Part shown: piece after piece, positions 21,590 to 33,126 of the stretch
How positions within the stretch are numbered: the first letter of the stretch is position 1
Layout: each line of letters begins with the position of its first letter
Assembly: GCA_032718475.1 (NCBI GenBank)
Contig: JAUCBJ010001410.1
Coordinates: forward strand, 1-33,193
DNA length: 33,193 nt
Origin: Nemertoderma westbladi
Lineage: Eukaryota > Animalia > Xenacoelomorpha
Reading direction: 5' to 3'
Notes under the pieces: model-generated
The model's input: only the letters and a program-made list of their open reading frames with translations
Told to the model about the DNA's origin: nothing
The model's database searches: none
Program-made: the position numbers and the translations under genes

Positions 21590-22950
21590 CATTCACAGAC
21601 ACCGACTTTGCGGATGACATCGCCCTGCTCTCTAATACGCTAGCAGATGCACAACTTCTACTAAATAAAGTGGAGAGGGCTGCTATGGAGGTTGGATTGC
21701 ATATAAATGCTACAAAGACCGAATTCATGACCTTTAATGTTGATGGAAACTTGACAACCATTGATAATAATCAACTAAGGAAGGTCGACGACTTCCAGTA
21801 CCTTGGATCATGGATAGAGAGTAGCAAAAAGGACATAGAAGTTAGGAAAGCAAAGGCTTGGGTAGCTCTATCAAAAATGGATACCATCTGGAAATCAGAT
21901 CTCCCCAGGCACCTGAAGACTAAGTTCTTTCGAGCCACAGTGGAAAGTGTATTTTTATACGGGGGTGAGACCTGGACACTGACTAAATCACTTGAACAAC
22001 GAATTGATGGTTGCTACACAAGACTACTAAGGGTAGCGGTACGTAAGGGAAAGGCATGGGCAGCCTTGAATAGGCTTTCCAGGATTTGGAAGTCACCGAG
22101 AATTAATCGGAAACTTAAGGTCCGATTATTTAGAGCAGCAGTAGTTCCAGTACTCCTCTATGGGAGTCCATGCTGGGCTCTGACTGCTGAGGACACCAAA
22201 ACTCTGGATGGCACATTCACAAGAATGCTACGCCGGGTTCATTGTGTCAAGTACAATGCACACATCTCCAACCAGACACTATATAACATTGGAGGCGTCT
22301 CATTGGTTCCCCCAAGCTTGACACTAGAACAATATCGCCTCCGCTTTGCAGGACATTGCTTTCGCCGTGAGGACCAGCCAGTGCATAATCTTGTACTTTG
22401 GCAGCCTCATGGAGTGAATAAGCATGGTGGACAGCCCATGACTTTCTTGAGACGCATCTTAAAGGACACTGGCCGTAAAGATGCGGATGATCTAGCAAAT
22501 GTCATGGGTGATAGGGAGTTGTGGCGGTGCAATTTTGTCGATAAGCCGGCACAGCATTCTTAAAAATGCAGCTGCAATGCAGCATGCCGATCCTAGTACT
22601 AAGGGTAGCCCTAAACATCAGCTGGAGAAAACACATGACAAACGCCGAGCGTTATGGTACAATACCACCTGTATCAACCACCCTCCGTGAACGCAGATTA
22701 AGATTTAGTGGGCACTGCTGGCGAAGACGCAGGCAAAGACGAGGTCATACCAGATCTACTTCTCTGACAACCAACTCATGGAAAGCGTAGTCGTGGACGA
22801 CCGGCCATAACATAAATAGATCAACTTGAAAGGGATACTGAATTTGGGAGAAACCAAATTGCGACAACTATGGAGAATCGGGAAGCCTGGAAGGATCTCA
22901 TTTCCACTGTCCGAGTTCGCTCGCTCTAGTAGTAGTTGTAGTAGTAGTAC
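21590..22950 (+). mobile_element. 5'-truncated RTE-clade LINE family A (host), interrupted by a family B insertion
   Basis: DTDFADDIALL RT catalytic motif at ~21600, GLHINATKTEFM, FQYLGSWI, LYGGETWTL. Resumes at 22610 (LNISWRKHMTN..RRLRFSGHCWR) and ends in a (TAG)n tail. Confidence 0.93.
22038..22596 (+). mobile_element. RTE family B copy nested in RTE family A, 13-bp TSD
   Basis: Flanked by the direct repeat TACTAAGGGTAGC (22025-22037 and 22597-22609). Closely similar to the reverse complement of 15728-16290. Confidence 0.95.
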
Positions 22951-23180
22951 AGGTTGAACCTTCAAAACCTTCAACAAATAAATAATGTATATAACTACAG
23001 TACTTCGGCCTGCGGCCTCAGTAAGTTATACACAGATTAATTGGCTTCAGGTTTTATAACCGTACGCTCTCTCGTGATTCTAATTTAGAATGAAATAATT
23101 ACAACATAATTATTCCCTTTCCCTTCCTTCTCCTCAATATTCCCTGCTATCTACACCCAATATACCACGGCCTTCCCAAA

Positions 23181-23234
23181 CCGGTCGGTACTGGTTCAGT
23201 ATGCGTACTGGGTACTGAACCAGTACCCAACCGG
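23181..23234. other. Near-perfect hairpin (~21-bp stem, 11-nt loop)
   Basis: CCGGTCGGTACTGGTTCAGTA...TACTGAACCAGTACCCAACCGG. Confidence 0.75.
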
Positions 23235-23983
23235 GCACCTATCAATCACCTATAAACCCCTCCAAGTTAACCACACTGCAATAATACCAGCATCCCTTCT
23301 GATAACCACCAGTTGTTTCATCTGGTGAGAATATAGTCCTGGTGGGACCGTACTGGTATAAGTTACACACTTTGTGAGTAATCCCTGGCCTAACGGCTTA
23401 AGAAAACTTCTTTGACTTTAACCTAAGGATAATGAATACTACTTACTTGCTGCTCTCTGATCTTCTTGCTCTAAATCTTTATTTAGGAGTTTGTTTAATG
23501 TAGGCTAAAATTTATTCTCCAAACGGCTATTTAGATCAAAATCATGTTGCTGGTTGTTGGCTTTTTTGTATGATAATTTTTTAATATAATTCGAGAAAAG
23601 TATATATTACGTTACCGGACAAAATATTCTAGAACAAGTAATTTTTAATTATAGTAACAATAGTAACAATTATTCATAATATTAATTTAACTAAATTTTA
23701 CTTATTTTGCTATTTTAATTTATTGTGTAATTTTTTAGATATATTATAGTACATGCTGGAGTATTTTAATACCAAATGTTTGAAAGAATGAACCTGTTGA
23801 AAATTTAACTCTGAGACCGAGATTGGAAGCATAGGAACCTCTCACCAACCTTATTTATCTTTCTTGGTTAATCAGCTGCAGTTCGGTCGCGGTTTTCACA
23901 GGGAAATGCAAGACCAATCAATAAAATTGGGCCTTCCAATGATATTGACGTGTTGAACTATTAGCCCTTGAGCTGGGGTAGTA

Positions 23984-24055
23984 GGTAGATCAGTAGCTCA
24001 GTGGAAAGGACCCTACGGGTTAAAGGTACGTGGTTCGAATCCCGCTACCAGCTTT
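23984..24055 (+). pseudogene. Degenerate tRNA-like sequence (tRNA pseudogene or SINE head)
   Basis: A box TAGCTCAGTGG and B box GGTTCGAATCCC are present, but there is no coherent anticodon arm. Confidence 0.6.
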
Positions 24056-24175
24056 AATCTTTCAAAAATTCATATCTATAAGGTTCTTTTTGAATCTTAT
24101 ATTTTATTACACCATCGAATGTCAGCATTCCACAACAATAATACCATCTCATCTTCCTCGCTTAATTGCCTTTTG

Positions 24176-25262
24176 CAGCAGCTTTGTGTAGTGGTTGCAT
24201 TCCTTGGCTTCCAATTAGGAATCCGTGGTTCGATCCCTAGATGGGGCAGCACTGTTTTGGGCACAGTGCTTTAAATGCTGCAGCCTAACCCAACCCTGGC
24301 TTTCATCCTTCAGTGGTGATAAATGGGAACCAAGGCATTCATTTAGCAAACAGTGTGGGAGAGTTACTGTGGAAGAATACCCATGGTGGAGAACAGGCAT
24401 TCATTTAGGAAACAGTGTGGAAGAGTTACTGTGGAAGATCACCCATGGTGGTGAACAGGCATTCATTTAGGGAACAGAGTGGAGGGTTTACTGTGGAAGA
24501 TCACCCATGGCGGTGAACAGGTATTCATTTAGGAAACAGAGTGGAAGGGTTTACTGTGGAAGATCACCCATGGCAGTGAACAGGCATTCATTTAGGAAAC
24601 GGAGTGGAAGGGTTTACTGTGGAAGATCACCCATGGCGGTGAACAGGCATTCAATTAGGAAACAGTGTGGAAGAGTTACTGTGGAAGATCGCCCATGGTG
24701 GTGAACAGGCATTCATTTAGGAAACAGAGTGGAAGGGTTTACTGTGGAAGATCACCCATGGCGGTGAACAGGCATTCTTTTAGGAAACAGTGTGGAAGAG
24801 TTTGTGGAAGATCACCCATGGCGGTGAACAGGCATTCATTTAGGAAACAGAGTGGAGGGGTTTACTGTGGAAGATCACCCATGTCAGTGAACAGGCATTC
24901 ATTTAGGAAACGGAGTGGAAGGGTTTACTGTGGAAGATCGCCCATGGTGGTGAACAGGCATTCATTTAGGAAACAGAGTGGAAGGGTTACTGTAGAAGAT
25001 CACCCATGTTGGTGAACATGTATTCCTTTAGGAAGCAGAGTGGAAGGGTTTACTGTGGAAGATCACCCATGGTGGTGAACATGCATTCCTTTAGGAAGCA
25101 GAGTGAAAGGGTTTACTGTGGAAGATCACCCATGGCGGTGAACAGGCATTCCTTTAGGAAACAGAGTAGAAGGGTTTACTGTGGAAGATAACCCATGGTG
25201 GTGAACAGGCATTCCTTGGCTTAACGAGCCTAAACGATATTCCCGTTCATTAATTACATTTA
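24176..25262 (+). mobile_element. tRNA-derived SINE, copy 2, with 14 internal 63-bp units
   Basis: A-box-like TGTGTAGTGG, B box GGTTCGATCCC, hairpin AGCACTGT/ACAGTGCT, core GGCTTTCATCCTTCAGTGGTGATAAATGGGAACC, array at 24334-25216, then the shared 3' end. Confidence 0.9.
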
Positions 25263-26136
25263 ACTTGATCTTATCTTATAAGTTTATTGAGTGTTTAAGG
25301 CGCTGCTATTCCGAACGTTAATATCTAATATATAGGAGTACCAGGTGCACAAGATATATTCTAGACACTATTAAGATATTCATAATTCGTGATTCTAACG
25401 GAATAGATTCAAAATCAATGTATAAAAATCATTCCTCAACTTGTAGGGGCGACTACCTCCCCATATATTGGGCTCTATGCTAATGCAATGATGTAGTAAG
25501 TACATGTCACAGGTTGTGCTATCTGCTGCATTCTTTACTGTGCTTATCCTATAGCATAGCCCTATTCCTGGAAAGATTACCGAATCAAAGTATTTCACCG
25601 GATTCCCTAAGGTGATTATCAACCGGTTTAAATTATTTTAATTATCTCATTGAATATGCATTGGTTTCTATGTAGAGCGCAAACGAAAAATTGCCTTTTC
25701 AATGAAAATGAAAGCGCGAAGGCAACTTCAAATCAATTGCTTGGATAGAAACGCATTTGTACTCATGAAAACATTTTAATTGAAAATGCCCTTGTTAGTA
25801 CTACCTTACATGAGACGGTGGTAACTTGTAAACAAATCATGCATAAGTTGTTAGTGACACCCAACAAACAGCGGCTTAATTACAGTGGTTAAATGTAAGT
25901 GACACCCAACAAACAGCCCACAATTCATCAATGGATTAATACTACTATACAGCGTGGAAACAAATTGACATGTCTTTAGACCATTATACCGGATATTTCC
26001 CGCATGTGGCGCGATTGAAGATATACCGGAATGATTATAGCTAATACAAGCTCTAGCACTACTTGATTTTGAACCTGATTATCATGTCTAAAACATTATT
26101 AGACTGTTTCTCAAGTTACCTCTTTTGTTCTCTTTT

Positions 26137-26205
26137 GCTGCAGCATTTAAAGCAGTGCGTCCCAACTCTGCAGCTCAGTCCAGGAATGGACCACCCACAG
26201 GTTCT
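26137..26205 (-). mobile_element. Degenerate fragment of the same SINE head
   Basis: GCTGCAGCATTTAAAGCAGTGCG is the reverse complement of the motif at 24263-24284. Confidence 0.55.
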
Positions 26206-27799
26206 ACTAATTTAATTTGAAGTTCAAACCCCAGATAGAAAGTTCCATGTGGCTCTTTGATTTTATATTATCATAGGGCTCTTGTTTCACTACCCAGAAC
26301 CCGGACAATAATATTCTTAATATTTTTAGAGGTATGTTCGACCTTATCGATAGATCCAAACAGTGGTTCTGCAGTGAAAGTGTCCGGTATTACTTTTTAT
26401 CGATGATATTCTCCCAAACTATCACGATCGTATTTAATATACAACATTTAAATGGTGAATATGATTTTGTAGTGAGTGAAGGTAAACAAATCAATAACTA
26501 TCAGTTTACTTTGAAATATGTTAAGTGAATATGTGAAGACATTATGCTTCTGGGGATTTCTTTCTATCATGGGAAGCAGAAAGGCAGTAAATAATTTGTT
26601 AACCAGAGAGTTCGGTTTCACATGTGTTTTACACAAAGGTTATTTGATCAGGTAACAAAACTAATTGCAGCTATGCAAATGTCAATTTCATCATTGACCA
26701 AGGAAGTGTACAGGAATATTACATGAAAATTTATTTATATTTCTTAGTTCTATTACTAAAAGATTGTGTCACCATTAGCCTATTGGTCTTGCGTACATAA
26801 CTTGCGGACGGACGGTAGATGTCAATCTCCGTTTGTCGATTAACATATAATGGTAACAAAAGTCCTGAAGGTCTTGAACATAATTAAGGAGTATAATTAA
26901 TTATATTTTATGTTGTATAGGTTGTTTTTTATCGCTAGCAGCTGTAGTAGTGAGATTCGTTCTTAGTCACAACCAACTCATCATAACCAGAGGCTTAAGC
27001 TCATCTCTTGAAGTATTTCTTAACCTCCCAGATGCTGGGCGGCATAATCCCCAGAATACTTGTGCCAGTCGCCACTACTGCACCGGTCACCTGCGGCATG
27101 ACGGAGTTACGACAGGAACTATTCTTTACAGGACGGGAAACCGACAAATGAATGAATTACTACTGATCTCTCAATGTAAAGTTATTCCGTCATATTTTAA
27201 ATCATAAAATAATTATGTATTCTGATCCAAAACCAAAACTTCTTGCGAATGTGTTGACATAACAGCATAGAATATGAGTTCAACTTTCTTTGTATACACG
27301 CATTGTGTATCTACGCAACACTGGGTGTTGCGTTTCGGAGACATTTCGGAATCAAATCGGCCTACTCTGAGGCTCCACTCTTCTGTGAAGTGAAATCACT
27401 CGATCCTATAACCGTACGGGACAGGTACATTAGCACAAGAATACTCTCATCCATTCAGGTCGCTGGACATTTTTATTAACTTATGTAAAATTCGTATTGT
27501 TAAATTACCACTTGACACTGACACAAATAAAATTATACAACGCTTTGTCGGTTCCTGTGTTTTATTTCTCCCCTACTCTGAACATATTATTAATAGTAAA
27601 TAACAGTTATTAATATAATAATATAATAGTCCGTCTTCGCGTCTTTCTCCCATCGACTTATCGTGTTGTGCAACGCTATGCATGGCTGTAGAGTACTTTA
27701 ATACAACTACGGTCGTTTTGTAATTGGCTGGTTTCCCTACTATTACTTTTGCAGGCATCTCAGTGTTAATGTCTCCGTACCTTACGGGCCCGCGGTCTC

Positions 27800-27922
27800 T
27801 AAAGTCGCGGTGTGGCGAGGATTAAATGTCCTATGGGACTTTAGTGCCCGCGAGAGTTTAGTGCCCACGCGACTTTAGTGCCAGCGGGACTTTAAGTGCC
27901 CGGGAGATATTAGTGCCCCCCT
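27800..27922. repeat. Short GC-rich repeat cluster (GACTTTAGTGCCC x5 plus an inverted part-unit)
   Basis: TTAGTGCC recurs every 17-19 bp from 27835 to 27920. CTAAAGTCGCG at 27799 is its inverse. Confidence 0.65.
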
Positions 27923-28910
27923 GCCCTAGCGACTCATTAACGACTCATGTAGTACAGCAGGGTCAGAGTGAGACATTATTTCCCGCTGACGAAACTTCTA
28001 GATCCTGCTGACGTAACTTCTCTCAATGAGTCGTTACTTTCTTCAAACTTGTCTTTAAGATTAACATCTAACTTCGCAACTTGGGATAGAAACTGCAGTA
28101 TTTATTTTATACATATTTGTAAAGTATATGACGTGACGTATGTGACGTATTCATACATTATCTTATTTTGAAAATTATTTGGAAATTAATTCACCCTTTA
28201 CAAACAATAAGAACTACTGAATATTGGCGGCAATGTCTTCTAGGAATAATCATTGGGCGACCGTGATTGGTTGTTTAGACATGATCTAATGTAGACCGCA
28301 TATGTTTAATTTGTTCACTTTTGATTAATAGTATCCATGGGTTACTACTACACGCTGCATCCATTGGATACAGCAGCGTGGAGTAATAAATTAGGTGAGG
28401 CAATCGTTGAGACTCTAATATTATATAATGAATGAAGTAATTGAAATACACCGTTCAGCCGTCAGTCTGAAATTTTGACAACGAATTAAATAGTAAAATA
28501 TGAATGATAATAATTACATTTTAAGAAAGTTTAGACATTCAGCATTCATCTGACTTCAGCATTCTTGTTGTTCAAAACATCGATGATTATAATATATAAA
28601 TAATATTCACACTGACTCCCAAGGATAAACAATCCATAACTCAAAATCCCCCACCACCCACCAGATGCCAGGTTCCCATTGTTCCGCACAGTGTATGTAG
28701 GAAGGACATAAACATTCAGAAATTTCTACAGAGTTTTGTCGGATTTTATCCTGCACTGCCAAGCACTATTGTGAATCCATTCAGACACTGCGACACTTTG
28801 GGTATCTTCAGTTGGGTGAAGGAAGAGGAGTGGAAATGTGAAAGATATATAAGTTCGGGTTTCGAGCCCTAATAGGTTGATATGTTTCTCTATGGAGATC
28901 GTTAACATAA

Positions 28911-29852
28911 CACCATGACCCGTACACACCACGTCCTGGAATATAGTGCCTAAAGTGTCTAAAAAGTGTCTCCGGCGAAATTTCACCAGTTACACCGCAT
29001 TTATTCTTCACCCTTATACTGATTTGTTGGTACTAAAATAACTGGCCATGCAAGGATTCCAAATATGTAAATTTGTATTTGAATTTTGTTACGAAATAGC
29101 TGAGATATGGGCGTTGAAATGTTGCATGATTTTGCACCTGCGCTAGGCTATTTTATTCTATTTAATAAATACACCATATTCTAGAACATATTGTTTATCC
29201 CATACGTAGCTTGGCAACAATGCATTATTTCATTAATCATACTATTACATAGCTACTCATGCATTAACAAAATGTTCCAGAATATGATGTATTTATTAAA
29301 TAGAATAAAATGGCCTCGCTCATATGCAAAACCACGCAAGTTTTAATGGGGGGGGGGGGGGGGGGGGGTACACCATTTTGGTCCAAAATATGTCGAAATT
29401 TCTTTATGGTCTATTATAATGCACCATTGAATGGTGTTTCCAAATTTGTAAACCGCTATTTAATAGCTCTATAACTTTTCAAGTTATATAAATTTCCATT
29501 TAGGGAATCCTATGGAAATTACTATTACTATGTATAATGAAAGGTCGATTATCTCCAAATATTTTTTTCACCCAGTAAGGAGGAGGGAGGTGAAACTATC
29601 TCTGTTTCAAATTTCATGCAATCTCATTAAGATTTGTAGAAAAATTTGGGGGGGGGAGGTGTACATGAATAAAGATACTATATTCCAGGACATGGTGTAA
29701 TATAGTGTAATTTTCTGATGACACGGACACGGTGAGTGGAACTAGTTGTGTTTCAAATTGTAAGCAATATGATAAAGATTTATAAAAAGTTGGGGGGGGG
29801 GGGGGGGGGGGGGGTGTCATCATAAAATTACACTATATTGCGGGTCATGGTG
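28911..29852. mobile_element. Small Tc1/mariner-type MITE A whose left TIR is split by MITE B
   Basis: The right TIR reverse complement CACCATGACCCG-CA-ATATAGTGTAATTTTATGATGACAC matches 28911-28922 joined to 29698-29724. TA follows at 29853-54. Confidence 0.88.
28927..29697. mobile_element. MITE B nested in the TIR of MITE A
   Basis: 21-bp TIR CACCA(C/T)GTCCTGGAATATAGT at both ends. TA at 28923-24 (followed by an extra CA) and at 29698-99. Internal inverted repeat at 29122-29340. Confidence 0.88.
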
Positions 29853-31389
29853 TATTTAGTATACAATCACTCCACAATTATATTTCTATCTTTTTACCTA
29901 TGAATTTTACTCGCCAATAGGGTTTCGTACTTTTTAACTAAGTTTCTAAATATAATATCAACTTGGACGATCCATTTGATTCGATTAAATTAAATCACCT
30001 TTAATCCCCTGGTTTTAACATATGCAAAAGTAGTACAGAGTGTACAGAGGATGGGGAATTTCTACGCAATCAAAATTCAACCATCTTCAAGGGAAAATCA
30101 ACTCAAATAACAACAGATTACCATCAAAAATTAAACTGTTGACTTTCATTTAATGTTTTGGTTAGAATAATGTGCCACTGTAACCTGATCCTTTCCCTTA
30201 TCTGACAATTAACATTGTTAATTCACCGTGATGTGATTTATGCCAATCCCCGTCTGGTCCAACTATCATAAGTACCGGATGTACAGCTATTAATGCGATG
30301 CAAAATTATCCAGTTTAACTTGATATTCTGATTGCGTACCAATTCTAGAGTTGCTTTCAAGATACAGTAATAATATCTGACTTTCTCGGTTACTAAATCA
30401 AATATCAACGGAAGTGGATTGTCGGATAAGTTATTAAGTGTTGCACTAAGAGAGTACGAATTGTAATGACCCTAAACAGCGTGAGTCCAAACGACTCCAA
30501 GTGAGTCGATTGTTTCACCGATAGTACACCCTTGTGTTGATACATTCCTGAACCAACAACGAAACAACAAGAAAGAAAAAGAATCAACAACACCCAAGTA
30601 TGTGGTGTTGTGTATATATCTATTTCAGGCTAACTTTAATCTAATCCCATTTGTTTATAATCTCCTCAGAGGAATTCGTCTGCCGTTCTTTCACAATTAT
30701 CGCACTATTATTTTCATGATGACACATTATTCCTCTTTTGAAATGTCCCCATTTCCTAGCCCCATAGGCCTCCATCTCACTCCCTCTGCTCCATTTTACT
30801 ATCCATCTTCCTGCCCTCTCAGTATTTCTTTGACCAAACACATTTTTTGTCTCTCATCAATTGTTCCTAAACATCACGCCGGATCATCCACCCCCTATAG
30901 TAGTTTGCTTACTATTGGTACAATGTCTTAGATGATGTCTCTTACAAGTTACAAGGTCATATTGAGAGCGGTTTGATTGGCGCTAGATTGGGCTTTACTA
31001 ATCTCAAGATCATTCATAATATTCATCACTCTCTGTTGGCACCGGTTCAACCTGATTACCTAATGTTTCCAAATCAATTGAGAATCTATCCCAACCTATC
31101 AAAGATGCACAATGATATTAGTGTTCATGAAGTTGTCTCTCTCCATCGGTGAAACGTTAACCCCAGCATATTCCCCATCTGGAGTCAACATGACAAGAAC
31201 AACCAGCACCGTCTTTCTGATTCTTTTATTTATTACTTCTTATGTTTTTATATTCCTGTCTCCCTGATTTCCTTTCTAGTTTATCCCATCCTCCTTTCTC
31301 ACCCTGACTGACCCATCCTGGAGGCTGTGGTATATATATCCCACTCCTTGAGTAGTCTCTATTCCTTCCCCACTCTCATTCCTTCCCCA

Positions 31390-31498
31390 CAGTTGTGGTG
31401 GCGCAATTTTGTCGACAAGCCGACACAGCATTCTTAATATATTTGTAATATATACTGTATATAATGCTGCAATGCAGTATACCGATCGTAGTAGTAGT
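31390..31498 (+). mobile_element. Extreme 3' fragment of RTE family B
   Basis: AGTTGTGGTGGCGCAATTTTGTCGACAAGCCGACACAGCATTCTTAA...GCTGCAATGCAGTATACCGATCGTAGTAGTAG. Confidence 0.88.
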
Positions 31499-32199
31499 TT
31501 ATTTTTATTACTCCAAACACGGATGATGAATATAGTTGCGACTTCTCCGAACTATTATCTTTCCAACCACTGCTCCTAAGACGACACGGGTTAAATCATA
31601 TTTATACATATATTAACCATGGAACTTCATAATGTAGACACACACACATTTAGAACATTTAGCACCCTCAGCCAATAATGGGTCATTATCTCTACCGGAT
31701 TTGAGGCGATCTCGGAAACTTCTCTCAAGGGAAACTCGAAAATTCTCGGGAGAAAATATCGCAAACTGCTGACTGGGGGGAAAAATCACAATTAATATCC
31801 TCAATAAAATGTAATTGGTCCAGAATATACAACCTTTGATATCTTGAGAATTATACAACATGGAGAAATTATATCATCCCAAGCTATTTCAAAATCTCGA
31901 TACTCTTGGAACCCAGGAAACTGCTCGTTCGTTCTGCGGTTCAAGTGCGGCGCCCAAACTCTTCCATTATGTTTATAATTTGTGCAATTAACCGCACTCA
32001 ACCGGTACCTACCTTTAACTCTTATGTTGCCTTATTTTATTCGTCTTTCTTTCAGAACACCCATTATTAGTCCAGATCTATCAATAATTACATTTTGGTT
32101 AAGTTTATATTATTATGTAACAATGTGCGAGGTGTTGGGTGTAAAATAACGTTTGGAAATTAAGCGATTGGCCGAGTTTATTGATGCAGCAAACCATCA

Positions 32200-32270
32200 C
32201 TTATCGTCCGTCGAAATATAAACCAAGATAACTACTATTTGGGGTTACCTTAAGGAAAAGGCTTTGCTTT
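32200..32270 (+). mobile_element. Possible Tc1/mariner transposase C-terminal relic
   Basis: IWGYLKEKA resembles the WGYLKxKV motif that follows SPDLNP in Tc1/mariner transposases. The surrounding frame is broken. Confidence 0.35.
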
Positions 32271-32480
32271 TAAAGATCACCACCAACATGCCAGGATGAA
32301 CACGATTTACTGGCTTAATAAGCGATTATCAGATTCAAATTCCAGAAGTAAGAGTTATCAATAATGGTTCCTTCGAATACTTCGATAAATATTGACCAGA
32401 TAGCATCAAGATAATAATCCTTGTTATTTTCATGAAAAAGTGCTACTTTTTATTACCTGTTATGTATTTTCCTTTTCTAG

Positions 32481-32642
32481 CCTTGCATGCAGAAGCAGCC
32501 ATGCAAGAAAACCTCCGAGAAGACCTTGAAATGTAAATGTCAACTTTCTGGGCAAAATAAATGCTGGGCGAAGAACTCCTTTATGGACGCAACATGCGTT
32601 TTTGTAGCTCCACCATACGGAGTTGAATTCTACTCGGCCTGA
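32481..32642 (+). other. Candidate terminal coding exon (frame ambiguous)
   Basis: Strong acceptor TTTTCCTTTTCTAG|. Phase 0 reads PCMQKQPCKKTSEKTLKCKCQLSGQNKCWAKNSFMDATCVFVAPPYGVEFYSA* (6 Cys). Phase 1 reads xLHAEAAMQENLREDLEM*. Confidence 0.4.
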
Positions 32643-32887
32643 ATAGTTGACTTAAACCTCCATTCTTGTAACTAAATATGGATATTATTATTTAATTAAA
32701 TATTATTTTCAATTAAGAACATGTCATTTATGATATGGTCCATTGATTAAATGTGGTGGTTTTTGTCGCAACGTAATTTCCTTTAGTTTCTGGGCAGAAT
32801 ATTAATATTAATTAACTCTAACAGATCTCATCTGATATGGCTCTGTAGAAATTCACCCAGGTGGAATGTTTATATAAAATGAAAGTA

Positions 32888-33126
32888 AATTAATGAATGG
32901 GAGATTCTTTTTTTAGGCTCGTTATAAGCCAATGAATGCCTGTCCACCACCATGGGTGATCTGTTTCCCAAGTTGCCTTGGTTCCCATTTATCGACCAGT
33001 TAAGGATGAAAGCCAGGGTTGGGCTAGGCTGCAGTATTTAAAGCACTGCGCCAAAACAGTGCTGCCCCATCTAGGGATCGAACCTGTGCCTCCTGATTGG
33101 AAGCCCAGGTATGCCACCACTAGACT
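32888..33126 (-). mobile_element. tRNA-derived SINE, copy 3, without array expansion
   Basis: The reverse complement has the same head, B box, hairpin, core and 3' end as the copy at 24176, but only one shortened unit, GGCAACTTGGGAAACAGATCACCCATGGTGGTGGACAGGCATTC. Confidence 0.92.

Noticed and set aside
21670-22563. 297-aa ORF as a host gene or intact retrotransposon
   Set aside because: It is a fusion of two truncated RTE copies delimited by a TSD, and it lacks the endonuclease and most of the RT.
23984-24055. Functional tRNA gene
   Set aside because: Only the A and B boxes are recognisable; a cloverleaf cannot be completed.
24507-25191. Repetitive ORFs (MAVNRHSFRKQSGRVYCGRSP)n as a repeat-peptide precursor
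   Set aside because: Arise from the 63-bp unit; frequent indels break the frame and there is no signal peptide.
24334-25216. CRISPR-like regular array (also 11175-11985)
   Set aside because: The whole 63-bp unit repeats with no unique spacers, there are no cas genes, and it sits inside a eukaryotic SINE.
31613-32001. Overlapping short minus-strand ORFs
   Set aside because: No recognisable domain or consistent exon boundaries.
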